64,000 nucleotides of DNA from Carcharhinus amblyrhynchos (taxonomy: Eukaryota), in the NCBI GenBank assembly GCA_965287045.1, contig OZ336900.1, positions 3,348,001-3,412,000 of the forward strand, in the 5' to 3' direction. Below are positions 50,248 through 61,126 of this stretch, one piece after another (within the stretch, counting starts at the first letter, position 1; each line of letters starts with the position of its first letter). The notes under the pieces were generated by a model. It ran no database searches and had not been told where the DNA came from. It was given only the letters and a program-made list of their open reading frames with translations. The translations under genes and the position numbers were made by a program.

Positions 50248-51444
50248 TCTTGATTTTCAGAAGGTGTTTGACAAGGTACCTCACAAGAGGTTATTGCAGA
50301 AGGTCAGGGGGCATGGAGTTGGGGGTAGGGTGTTAGCGTGGATAGAGGATTGGTTGTCAAATAGGAGGCAGAGAGTGGGGGTCAATGGGTGCTATTCGGA
50401 TTGGCGGATGGTGACTAGTGGAGTGCCCCAGGGGTCGGTGCTGGGGCCTCAGCTATTTACCATTTATATGGATGATCTGGAGGAGGGAACCGCGTGTAGG
50501 GTGTCGAAATTTGCTGATGACACCAAAATTGGTGGAAACGCAAATTGTGCGGAGGGTGTGGAGAGTCTGCAGAAGGATCTAGATAGGCTGGGCGAATGGG
50601 CCAGGAAATGGCAAATGGAATTTAATGTTGGCAAGTGCGAGGTGGTCCACTTTGGTAGGAATGATGGTAGGAAGGATTATTACTTACGTGGAGAAAAACT
50701 GCAGCAGGCGACGGTGCAGAGGGACCTTGGGGTCCTTGTGCATGAGTTGCAGAAACCCAGCTTGCAGGTACAGCAGGTGGTCAGGAAGGCGAATGGGATG
50801 CTGGCCTTCATTGCGAGGGGGATTGAATATAAAAGTAGGGAGGTCTTGCTGCAGCTGTATAGGGCATTGGTGAGGCCGCAGCTGGAGTACTGTGTGCAGT
50901 TTTGGGCGCCGTACTTACGCAAGGATATTTTGGCCTTGGAGGGAGTGCAGAGGAGGTTTACTAGGCTGATGCCGGAGTTGAGGGGGTTGAGCTATGAGGA
51001 GAGGCTGAATAAATTAGGCTTGTACTCGTTAGATTTTAGAAGAATGAGGGGAGATCTCATTGAGACGTATAAGATGATGAATGGGATGGATAGGATAGAG
51101 GTGGAGAGACTCTTCCCACTCAGAAAGGACAGTAGGACTAGGGGGCACAGCCTCAAGATAAAGGGGAGGCGGTTTAGAACGGAGTTGAGGAGGAACTTCT
51201 TCACTCAAAGGGTGGTGAATCTCTGGAATTCTCTGCCCGTTGAAGTGGTGGAGGCTGCCTCGCTAAATATTTTTAAGACGCGGGTTGATGGGTTTTTGAT
51301 AAGAGAGGGGATTAAGGGTTATGGGGAAAGGGCGGGAATGTGGAACTGAGCAGCGACAGATCAGCCATGATCTTATTGAATGGCGGGGCAGGCTCGAAGG
51401 GCTAGATGGCCTACTCCTGCTCCTATTTCTTATGTTCTTATGTT
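50248..51444 (+). mobile_element. 5'-truncated young CR1 LINE
   Basis: Contains an open RT frame and the TTCTTATGTTCTTATG tail. Confidence 0.97.
50264..51349 (+). CDS. CR1 ORF2 reverse transcriptase C-terminal half (open but 5'-truncated; not a host gene)
   Basis: 361 aa uninterrupted: GVPQGSVLGP, FADDTK, VRPQLEYC, native stop. Confidence 0.7.
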   Translation: MFDKVPHKRLLQKVRGHGVGGRVLAWIEDWLSNRRQRVGVNGCYSDWRMVTSGVPQGSVLGPQLFTIYMDDLEEGTACRVSKFADDTKIGGNANCAEGVESLQKDLDRLGEWARKWQMEFNVGKCEVVHFGRNDGRKDYYLRGEKLQQATVQRDLGVLVHELQKPSLQVQQVVRKANGMLAFIARGIEYKSREVLLQLYRALVRPQLEYCVQFWAPYLRKDILALEGVQRRFTRLMPELRGLSYEERLNKLGLYSLDFRRMRGDLIETYKMMNGMDRIEVERLFPLRKDSRTRGHSLKIKGRRFRTELRRNFFTQRVVNLWNSLPVEVVEAASLNIFKTRVDGFLIREGIKGYGERAGMWN

Positions 51445-51832
51445 AAGTAACGTAGGGTGAGTTTAAGAGAGAGAGGTGCACAAGAGTGTGCTTTACTGTA
51501 GAGGCAATGACAAGACCTACCACTTATAGCATCAGGCTCTGCAGCCTGAGGGGTGACTCTCTGCAAATGAGGTAGACTGAGATTCCAGCACTTGTAAAGT
51601 GACTCAAATACTTTTCCAGAGAATTCACTTCCTGTTGTATCACAGGGAGGTGACAGTGAGTTGGCAAAAACAAATCTCCATCCTTTTCCCGAGCTAGAGC
51701 TAGATTCATTTGTTCAATATTGGCAATCTCAGGATTGCTCTGGTACTTGCAACTACTGTTGTAATCTCTACTCATTATTAAGGTAAAACATGAGTTACTT
51801 GTTCTAATGAGCTTTCTAGATTACTCATCATT

Positions 51833-52162
51833 GGTGGCACAGTGGTTAGTACTACTGCCTCACAGTGCCAGGGACCCAGGTTCAATTCCAACCTTGGATC
51901 ACTGTCTGCACATTCTCCCCATGTCTGTGCGGGTTTCTCCGGGTGCTCCAGTTTCCTCCCACATCCAAAAATGTGTGTGTTTGGTGGATTGGCTGTGATA
52001 AATTGCCCCTTAGTGTCTCAAGATGTGCCAGTCAGGGGATTAGCGGGGTAAATACATGAAGTTACAGAAAAGAGCCTGAATAAAGGCGCTCTGTCGGAGG
52101 AGAGTCATTGCAGACTCGATGGGCCAAGTGGCCTCCTTCTGCCCTTGTAGGGATTCTGTGAT
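51833..52162 (+). mobile_element. HE1-like SINE
   Basis: Head, core and tail present. Confidence 0.9.
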
Positions 52163-52416
52163 TAGAAGTTGAATGTATAATGTTGGAGCCAGGTCTCACA
52201 AGAGGACCGTAATGGGATTAATGCCAGGGAAATCTCAGAATAAGAGATCCCTCGCCAGTGATGTAATCAGATTTAGACCCAGAGAAGGGATGAAGCTGAT
52301 TTGAATGAATTTAAATTAATTAACTTCTGATTAAGCGGCTTAGCGCCTTACCTTCCAGGAGCATTGGTGCAACTAAATGCCAGAGGGGATCACTAATTCT
52401 CTGCAGCAGTTGAGAT

Positions 52417-52630
52417 ATAAAGATACAAACTCAATTTACAAAATTATTTTGTAGATTGAGTTTGTGTCTTTATATACCCTGTTTGTGAACAGAACTCCTA
52501 CTCAGCTGATGAAGGAGCAGCGCTCTGAAAGCTTGTGGCTTGTGCTACCAAGTAAATCTGTTGGACTTTAACCTGGTGTTGAGAGACTTCTTACTGTGTT
52601 TACCCCAGTTCAACACTGGAACTCCACATT
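52417..52630 (+). mobile_element. PLE mini-element with a 5' fold-back and a hammerhead at 52503-52537
   Basis: TSD GCAGTTGAGAT at 52406-52416 and 52631-52641; 30-bp hairpin at 52415-52475; CTGATGA...GAAAGCTTGTG. Confidence 0.9.
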
Positions 52631-52707
52631 GCAGTTGAGATGACATGCAGGGGATGCAGAGGCTGGTGTAACAGATGTGGAGAGGGAACTATCCTGTCTC
52701 TGGGTGA

Positions 52708-52812
52708 CCACAGTAAGCAGTCTCACAACATCAGGTTAAAGTCCAACAAGTCTATTTGATAGTAAACCCACTAGCTTTCGGGGTTTGCCCCTTCGTTAGG
52801 TGAGTGGAGAGG
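52708..52812 (-). mobile_element. PLE terminal repeat with a variant hammerhead
   Basis: Reverse complement reads ctcac-CTAACGA-a-ggggc aa acccc-GAAA-gct-A-gtggg. Confidence 0.75.
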
Positions 52813-53771
52813 GTTTGCAGCCAGAACCTGACACTTGGCTGCTTTTGTGGAAAGATTCTGACCTTGTCTCAGTTTAGTTACAATGCTGTTGATATTTCCT
52901 TTCTGCCTGTATTGAATTTTGCAGCGATCTCCTCCTCCTCATCATACATGCTGCTTTCTGCAAGAACTCTCTCTTTCTATTGTAAACCAGAATCTAATTA
53001 GACCTTGATCTGCTTCATTGTTTTCTTGGATGCCTGTGGATGATGCGTGAGACTCTGCGACAGGCTGTTTGCTTAATCTTTTGATCTGCATCATGCGGCA
53101 GAATACCCTGTGATTTGATGCCAGCCGGGATCTAATGTCACGATCCACATGTTATGGAAAGTGGCCCAATCTGCAAAGATGATGGAAATCAAAACAGAGA
53201 CTGCTGCAAGTTCAGGACAGGTCAGGTTATGTTTATTGCCTGACTGAATCAGGAGAAATCTCTGTAAAGACTGTCCTTCTTTTTGGATGAAAGCCGATGG
53301 ACATTATTAATTTAGAATGCTTTCCCTGGGTTGGGCTGACTGAGTGTCTCCTGGTCAAAGTGGTTGTACGTGATGCTTAGCCAAACCTTATTTCATATCA
53401 TTAAATTCCTTGATCCTAAAAGATAATTCTTTAGCCTCTCCACAGCATGTTTCTCATGGTGGGAGGTGACACACGGTTAGCTGGCATCTTCTGGCCCCTT
53501 CGCTATTAATGGGATTTCCCATTGCCTCCGCTCCATGCCTCCGAGAAACCCATGGCGGAATGCGCCATTGGCAGGACCAAAAGATCCCACTGGCATGAAC
53601 AGCTGGAAAGTTCCGGTCAATGACTTTAGATCTGAGCCGACACAATTCCTGCTCTCTTTGTCAAAGACTAGGCTTCCGTTTGTGACATCCCAAACAAGGA
53701 GACCTGTGTTTCAGTTCAAGAACGATCCTCTGATGTGTCATCCCATTTATTCCTCTTCACTGGAATTATTG

Positions 53772-54110
53772 GGAAGGTGATGGCCTAGTGGTATTATCAC
53801 TGGACTGTTCATCCAAAAACTCAGCTGGGGACCTGGGTTCAAATCCCACCACAGCAGATGGTAGAATTTGAATTAGGTAAAAAATATCTGGAATTAAGAA
53901 TCTACTGATGACCATGAAACCATTGTCATTGTCAGAAAATCCAATCTGGTTCATGAATTGTACTTTAGGGAAGGAAATCTGCCGTCCTTACCTAGTCTGG
54001 CCAACATGTGACTCCAGAGCCACAGCGATGTGGTTGACTCTCAACTGTCCTCAGGCAACTAGGGATGGACAATAAATACTGGCCCAGCCAGTGACACCCA
54101 TGTCTCATAA
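53772..54110 (+). mobile_element. tRNA-derived SINE type C
   Basis: A-box TGGCCTAGTGG, B-box GGTTCAAATCC, tail AGGGATGGACAATAAATACTGGCC. Confidence 0.85.
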
Positions 54111-54810
54111 AAGAACATGTATGCTTCAGATGTAATTGCTACATTCTAGATAGGCACAAAAAATTTCAATCTTCTTCTAATTGTTTAACCCAGTGTTGCA
54201 TCAAGAGTTTGTACATTCCCAGGTTCTATCCTTCTTGCAATTTATAAATTTAGAATTCAAAGTTAACCTCCATGTCATGTATCAGGTTGGATTATTGCAA
54301 GGAGACAATTTAATTGCAACAAGTTCCTCAGTCTTGCTAAGGTTGGTATTCTCCATCAGAAAGATAGAATATCAGGAAAGAATCATATTATAGAATCCAT
54401 ACAGTGCAAAAGGAGGCCATCAAGCCTGCACCAACAACAATTCCACCCAGGCCCTATCCTCATAACACCATGTATTTACCGGGCTAATCCCCCTGATATT
54501 ATGGGGCAATTTAGCACAGCCAATCCACCTAGCCCACACATCTCGCTGGGAGTTGGGTTTTTAGCTGAATTGAAGGAGAGAAAAAGATAGGAAATTGAGA
54601 AAGGACAATCACTGGAAAAGGCAGAGTCTCGTGTTGGTGACAATTGAACGTCAAAAAGCATGAAAGAACAGACCAGTCCAGAGAGGACAACATCACACTC
54701 TGGGCACAGGGAGCAATGAGAGCAAATGAAGAAAAATGCCTGCAGCCCCTTGTAGACTCTGGCCAGTTAAAGATGGATAGCTCAGGAAAGTTCCATCTGG
54801 CTGTTCATTT

Positions 54811-56036
54811 GGATTTGATTTGATTTATTATTGTCACACGGAAAGACGTAGAAGCTATTGAAAGGGTACAGAGGAGATTTACAAGGATGTTGCCTGGACT
54901 GGGAGGCATGCCTTATGAAGTTAGGTTGAGGGAGCTGGGACTCTTCTCCCTGGAGAGACGAAGGTTGAGAGGTGACCTGATAGAGGTTTATAAAACGTTG
55001 AGAGGAATAGATAGGGTGGATTCTCAGAGGCTATTTCCCCGGGTTGAAATGGTCGCTACGAGAGGACACAGATTTAAGGTGCGTGGAGGAAAGTACAGAA
55101 GTGATGTTAGGGGTAAGTTTTTCACTCAGAGGGTGGTGAGTGAATGGAATCGGCTGCCGTCAGTGGTGGTGGAGGCAAACTCGCTGGGGTCTTTTAAAAG
55201 ACTTCTGGATGAGTATATGGGGTTTTATGGGATTGGGGGTTATAGATAGGTCTATAGATTGGTAGGTGTTGATGTGATCGGCGCAACTCGTGGGCCGAAG
55301 GGCCTGTTTGTGTTGTAGTGTTCTATGTTCTATGTTCTATTAGTATGCAGTGAAAAGTATCGTTTCTTGCTCGCTATACAGACAAAGCATATCGTTCATA
55401 GAAAAGGAAACGAGAGAGTGCAGAATGTAGTGTTACAGTCATAGCTAGGGTGTAGAGAAAGATCAACTTCATATGAGGTGGGTCCATTCAAAATCTGATG
55501 GCAGCAGGGAAGAAGCTGTTCTTGAGCCAGTTGGTACGTGACCTCAGACTTTTGTATCTTTTTCCCGAAGGAAGAAAGAATGTCCGGGGTGTGTGGGGAC
55601 CTTAGTTATGCTGGCTGATTTGCCAAGGCAGCGGGAAGTGTAGACAGAGTCAATGGATGGGAGGCTGGTTTGCTTGATGGATTGGGCTACATTCAAGACC
55701 TTTTGTAGTTTCTTGCAGTCTTGGGCAGAACAGGAACCGTAGCAAGCTGTGATACAACCAGAAAGAATGCTTTCTATGGTGCATCTGTAAAAGTTGTTGA
55801 GAGTCATTGGTGGGCTTTCTTAACCATAATGTCAGCATGGCGGGATCAGGACAGGTAGTTGATGATCTGGACACCTAAAATCTTGAAGCTCTCGACCCTT
55901 TCTACTTCATTCCCACTGATGTAGACAGGGGCATGTTCTCCTTTATGCTTCTTGAGGCAATGACAATCCCCTTTGTTTTGTTGACATTGAAGAGATTATT
56001 GTTGCCGTACCAATTCACCAGATCATCTATCTCATT
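54811..56036 (-). mobile_element. Rex1/Babar-type LINE fragment with a CR1 nested in its 3' UTR
   Basis: FYRCTIESILSGCITACYGSC; GATTTGATTTGATTTATTATTGTCAC tail. Confidence 0.9.
54840..55337 (+). mobile_element. CR1 3' fragment nearly identical to 4779-5269
   Basis: ORF 54887-55249; (TTCTATG)n tail. Confidence 0.95.
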
Positions 56037-58777
56037 TCTAAGTTGCTTTCCATTCAGTTTAGCACATACCTTTCCCACTACTTGAAACTTTGATCACCTA
56101 GAAAGCTGATTTGAACATAACAGTTAGAGTCAAGGAACACCCAGCACTGCCCATCAGTTTTTATTTAACTGAGCTGCAGACACCTCCTGGGCTAGCAGGC
56201 AGCTCATTCGTGAAGTGGTTTCAAATTTTGGGTTGCAGGTAAGTGCTGAAATGGAAAGGGATTGGAAGGAGGGTGACTGAGAAAGGCGGGCTGATTGGGA
56301 GCTGAAAGGATGGGATGAGAGAGGAGTGCAACCGGGAGAGATGGCCCAATGGAGCAGCACATCAGGATAGAGATTCAACACGGCAATCAAATAGCATGAG
56401 TCAGCAGTTGGGAAAGGGAAGGGGTGTGAATGCTGGCAGGACAGGGGTTGGCATGGGGTGATGGTTGAAGGGGTTATGAGCAGTGGCAGGGTGTAGTGGA
56501 GGGGATTGGTGTGGGATGGTAATTGGGAGCAGGTGTAGGTAGAGTCTGGAGTGGAGTTTGGTGAAAGACATAGTTTGGGGATGGATGACTGCGGGCGCGG
56601 TGTTTGGAGAGGGTGACTGCAGGGGGTTGGGGTGGGTGTTAGTTGGAGGCTGAGTTTTGGTGGATTGCTTGGGAAATGGTAGCAGTCCACAGTTTTGTTG
56701 TGACTCCTGCTTCTCCCAGCTCTACATTGACACAATTATAGAATGATACAGCACAGAAAGAGGCCATTTGGTCAATATTGCCAGCACAGTTCTTTGGCTG
56801 TGCTGTCTAATTAATCCCACACCATTGCTCTTTCCCCATTGTCCTTTAACCATTGATTGGAAATTTACCACTGAGTGTGCTCTCACTGACGTTTCAAACA
56901 CAGCTTATCATAAGAACATAAGAAATAGGAGCAGGAGTAGGCCATCTAGCCCCTTGAGCCTGCCCCGCCATTCAATAAGATCATGGCTGATCTGTCGTGG
57001 CTCAGTTCCACATTCCCGCTTTCTCCCCATAACCCTAATTCCCTTGTCGACCAAAAACCTATCTACCCGCGTCTTAAATATATTTAGCGAGGCAGCCTCC
57101 ACCACTTCAACGGGTAGAGAATTCCAGAGATCCACCACCCTCTGAGTTCCTCCTCAACTCCATTCTAAACCGCCCCCCTTATCTTGAGGCTGTGCCCTCT
57201 AGTCCAGCTGTCCTTTCTGAGCGGGAAGAACCTCTCAACCTCTACCCTATCCATCCCCTTCATCATCTTATATGTCTCAATAAAATCCCCCCTCATCCTT
57301 CTAAACTCCAACGAGTACAAGCCCAGTCTATTCAGCCTCTCTTCATAGTCCAACCCCCTCAACTCCGGTATCAGCCTAGTGAACCTCCTCTGCACTCCCT
57401 CCAAGGCCAAAATATTCTTGCGTAAGTGTGGCGACCAAAACTGCACACAGTACTCCAGCTGCGGCCTCACCAGTGCCCTGTACGGTTGCAGCAAGGCCTC
57501 CCTACTTTTATATTCAATCCCCCTCGCTATGAAGGCCAGCATTTGCCTTCCTGACTACCTGCTGCACCTGTAGGCTGGGTTTTTGCGTTTCATGCACAAG
57601 GACCCCGAGGTCCCTCTGCACCGTTGCATGCTGCAGCTTTTCGCCCTTTAAATAGTAGTCCCTCCTACTATTATTCCTGCCAAAGTGGATAACCTCACAC
57701 TTGCCAACATTGTATTCCATCTGCCAGGTCCTCGCCCACTCGCTCAGCCTATCTAGATCCCTCTGCAGACTTTCTACACCCTCCGCACAATTTGCTTTTC
57801 CACTTATCTTTGTGTCATCATCAAATTTCGACACCCTACACTCAGCCCCCTCCTCCAGATCATCTATATAAATGGTAAATAGCTGAGGCCCCAGCACCGA
57901 TCCCTGGGGCACTCCACTAGTCACCATCCGCCAATCCGAATAGCACCCATTGACACCTACTCTCTGCCTCCTATTTGACAGCCAATCCTCTATCCACGCT
58001 AACACCTTACCCCCAACTCCATGCCCCCGACCTTCTGTAACAACCTTTTGTGTGGCACCTTATCAAACACCTTCTGAAAATCGAGAAACACTACATCCAC
58101 CGGTTCCCCTCCATCCACCGCACTAGTCACATCCTCATAGAATTCCAATAAATTCGTCAGACACGACTTCCCCTTAACGAATCCGTGCTGCGTCTGCTCT
58201 ATCAAACAATTCTTCTCTAGGTGCCTCGCTATTTCTTCTTTGATGACGGATTCAAGCATTTTTCCTACAACAGACGTTAAACTAACCGGCCTATAATTCC
58301 CTGCCTTTTGCCTGCTACCCTTTTTAAACAGCGTGTAACATTAGCCGTTTTCCAATCTTTCCCGGAATCCAGCGAGGTTTGGAAAATAATCACTAAGGCA
58401 TCCACTATCACCTCTGCCATTTCCTTCAGAACCCTGGGATGCATTCCATCTGGTCCCGGGGACTTGTCCACCATCAGTCCCGCTAGTCTATTGAGCACTA
58501 CCTCTCTTTGACTCTAGGCCCTCAACTCCTACCATCCTTCTACCTTTAATACCCGGCTAATTATTTGCGTCCTCCTCCGTGAAGACCGAAGCAAAAAACT
58601 TATTTAAGGCCTCAGCCATTTCCTCATCCCCCACCACTAAATCCCCCCTCTCATCCTCTAAGGGTCCAACATTCACCCTGGCCAGCCTCCTCCTCTTTAT
58701 ATATTTATAAAAACTCTTTCTATCCTTTTTTATATTTAGTGCTAGTTTAGCTTCATAGTCTATCCTTCCTTTCTTTA

Positions 58778-59938
58778 TCAACTCTTCGTCATTCTTTGTT
58801 GATTTTTAAACCTCTCCCAATCTTCTAATCGCCCACTACTTTTAGCCACTCTAAATGCATCAGCTTTTAATTTAATACTCTCCTTTATTTCCCTCGTTAA
58901 CCATGGCTGATTATCCCTTCTCCTACGATCCTTCTTTACCATTGGAATAAATTTCTGCTGAGCACCAAGAAAGATCTCCTTAAAGATCCTCCACTGTTCC
59001 TCAGCAGTCCTACCGACCAATCTGCGCCCCCAATCTACATTTACCAATTCCTCTCTCATCCTATCGTACTCCCTTCTGTTCAAACAGAGGACACAGGTTC
59101 GGGACCCTACTTTCTCATCCTCCATCTGCATCAAAAACTCAACCATACAATGATCACTCGTCCCAAGAGGATCCCTCACAACAAGGTCCCTAATTCTACC
59201 CGCCTCGTTACATAACACCAGATCTAAGATAACTCGCTCCCTCATCGGTTCCGTCACACACTGTTCAAGGAAACTATCCCGACAGCATTCCAAGAACTCT
59301 TCCTCAAGCCCACCACGTCCAACATGGGTCAACCAATCAATATGTGGATTGAAATCCCCTGTAATTATCGCCATTCCATTCCTGCACGCATCATTTATTT
59401 GCTTCTTTATAGCCCGCCCCACCTCCAGGTCATTATTTAGGGGCCTATAGACCACACCCACCAGCGTCTTCCTCCCCTTACTGTTCCTTATCTCCACCCA
59501 CAACGATTCCATGTTCTGCTCTTTGGAGCCTATATCTTCCCTTACTACCACCCTGATACCATCCTTAATCAGCAGAGCTACCCCCCTTCCCCCTTTTTCC
59601 TCCCGCCTATCCTTCCTAAACACTTGATACCCCTGGACATTCAGCTCCCAGTCCCTGTCACCCTGCAACCACGTTTCCGTAATGGCCACCAGATCATATC
59701 CATTTGTGCTGATCTGCGCCGCCAGCTCATTCACTTTGCTCCAAATGCTTCGTGCATTCAGGTAAAGTGTCTTTATCCCAGCCTTTATCTGGATCCTATT
59801 TGAAGGAACGCTACCAACCTTTCTCATGCTCCCTACTCCCTTTATTATTGGGACATCCTTGACCTCTTCCTGTACCTGCACCCTCTCTTTTACTTTAGGC
59901 ACTGTAATTTCACCTACCCTTGCACCCTCCCCCCTCAA
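58778..59938 (-). CDS. CR1 ORF2 APE endonuclease region (frameshifted downstream)
   Basis: YLNARSI, DLVAITETWL, GVVYRP, GDFN, LDLVL, SDH motifs. Confidence 0.8.
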   Translation of the reverse strand: MRGEGARVGEITVPKVKERVQVQEEVKDVPIIKGVGSMRKVGSVPSNRIQIKAGIKTLYLNARSIWSKVNELAAQISTNGYDLVAITETWLQGDRDWELNVQGYQVFRKDRREEKGGRGVALLIKDGIRVVVREDIGSKEQNMESLWVEIRNSKGRKTLVGVVYRPLNNDLEVGRAIKKQINDACRNGMAIITGDFNPHIDWLTHVGRGGLEEEFLECCRDSFLEQCVTEPMRERVILDLVLCNEAGRIRDLVVRDPLGTSDHCMVEFLMQMEDEKVGSRTCVLCLNRREYDRMREELVNVDWGRRLVGRTAEEQWRIFKEIFLGAQQKFIPMVKKDRRRRDNQPWLTREIKESIKLKADAFRVAKSSGRLEDWERFKNQQRMTKS

Positions 59939-60268
59939 TTAGTTTAAAGCCCTATCTACAGTCCTAGTTATACGATTCGCCAGGACTCTGATCCCAGCAC
60001 GGTTCAGACCAACCCCATCCCACCTGAACAGGTCCCACCTGCCCCAATACTGGTGCCAATGCCCCATAAATTCAAACCCATTCCTCCCACACCAATCCCT
60101 GGGCCACCCATTCATCTCTTTAATCCTATCTACCCTACGCCCATCTGCACGCATTTCAGGTAGTAATCCAGAGATAACCACCTTGTCGGTTCTGCTTTTT
60201 AATTCCATTCCCATCTTTGTATACTCCCTCTGCAGATCCTTAGTCCCCAATTTGCCTATGTCGTTGGC
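59939..60268 (-). CDS. CR1 ORF1 SGNH-esterase-like C-terminal fragment
   Basis: GANDIG (GxND block), VVISGLLP, WCGRNGFEF, DGVGLN in place of DGxHLN. Confidence 0.75.
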   Translation of the reverse strand, partial: ANDIGKLGTKDLQREYTKMGMELKSRTDKVVISGLLPEMRADGRRVDRIKEMNGWPRDWCGRNGFEFMGHWHQYWGRWDLFRWDGVGLNRAGIRVLANRITRTVDRALN

Positions 60269-60499
60269 ACCCCCATTATCCCAGATAACAACATCTTACT
60301 GAATAACATGTTTCCTTGTGTCACCCATGGTTCCTTTGCCAGCCAGAGGTTATTTTCTTGTCCACACCAATCTGATGGGCACAATACCTTGGCTCATAAT
60401 GAGCATGTGTCCCCTGCCCACTACGCTAGAAGGTTAGGTGCCAGTTTGGTCCTGGAAGAATCAGCATGGCACCATCAAATTTCTAGGACAAAACCTATT

Positions 60500-60602
60500 G
60501 GCTGGGATTTTACGACCTTGCTCGGCTGAAGCTTGTAAAGTCCCGCCCGAGCTCAGAGAATTCCGTTCTGCAAGCCTTGCCCGCACTGATAAAAATCCGA
60601 CC
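60500..60602. mobile_element. PIF/Harbinger-like MITE with 3-bp TSD ATT
   Basis: GGCTGGGATTTT...AAAAATCCGACC termini; empty site visible in the paralogous copy at ~61158-61172. Confidence 0.85.
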
Positions 60603-60744
60603 ATTGTATCTGAGCTCTGGAGATCATGTGCAATAATTCAAGACTAAAAATACTGCTGTTCTGGTGGGCAAAATACTTTGACTCAATGAGTGTGTGTCTC
60701 CTACTCACAACACTAGAGAGTTAGGTACCAGTTTCCAGACTATT

Positions 60745-60817
60745 AACTCTATAGATTAATGGTTAGAGCACTGGTCTTGTAAACCAGGGGTCGATATTTC
60801 ATTTCTTGCTGGAACCC
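60745..60817 (+). pseudogene. tRNA-Thr(TGT) pseudogene
   Basis: TGGTTAGAGCACTGGTCTTGTAAACCAGGGGTCG matches vertebrate tRNA-Thr-TGT; anticodon at 60778-60780; acceptor stem and B-box decayed. Confidence 0.85.
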
Positions 60818-60831
60818 CTGGCTAAAATTTA

Positions 60832-61126
60832 GGGCAGCACAGTGCACAGTGGTTAGCACTGCTGCCTTACAGCGCCAGGGATCCGGGTTCAATTCCGAAC
60901 TCAGGTCACTGTCTGTGTGGAGTTTGTGTGTTGTACGTGTCTGCATGGGTTTCCTCCCACAGTCCAAAGATGTGTGGGTTAGGTTGATTGGTTAAATTGA
61001 CCCTAGTGTCAGGGGCATTAACAAGGTAAATGCGTGGCATTACGGGAATAGAGCCTGGGTGGTGTTATGGTTGGTGTGTACTCAATGGGCTGAGTAGCCT
61101 CCTTTTGCACTGTAGGGATTCTATGA
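60832..61126 (+). mobile_element. HE1-like SINE
   Basis: Head GGGCAGCACAGTGCACAGTGGTTAGCAC; GGGATTCTATGA tail. Confidence 0.9.

Larger units (their letters stand above)
56909..60270 (-). mobile_element. Long CR1 LINE (ORF1 3' part, full-length but disrupted ORF2, 3' UTR)
   Basis: Collinear esterase, APE and RT fragments; several frameshifts and a stop. Confidence 0.97.

Noticed and set aside
53779-53850. Functional tRNA genes at SINE heads
   Set aside because: A/B boxes are present but there is no cloverleaf, and the heads continue into SINE bodies
56154-56735. 193-aa Pro/Ser/Thr-rich ORF
   Set aside because: Product of G-rich low-complexity sequence; no domain or splice support
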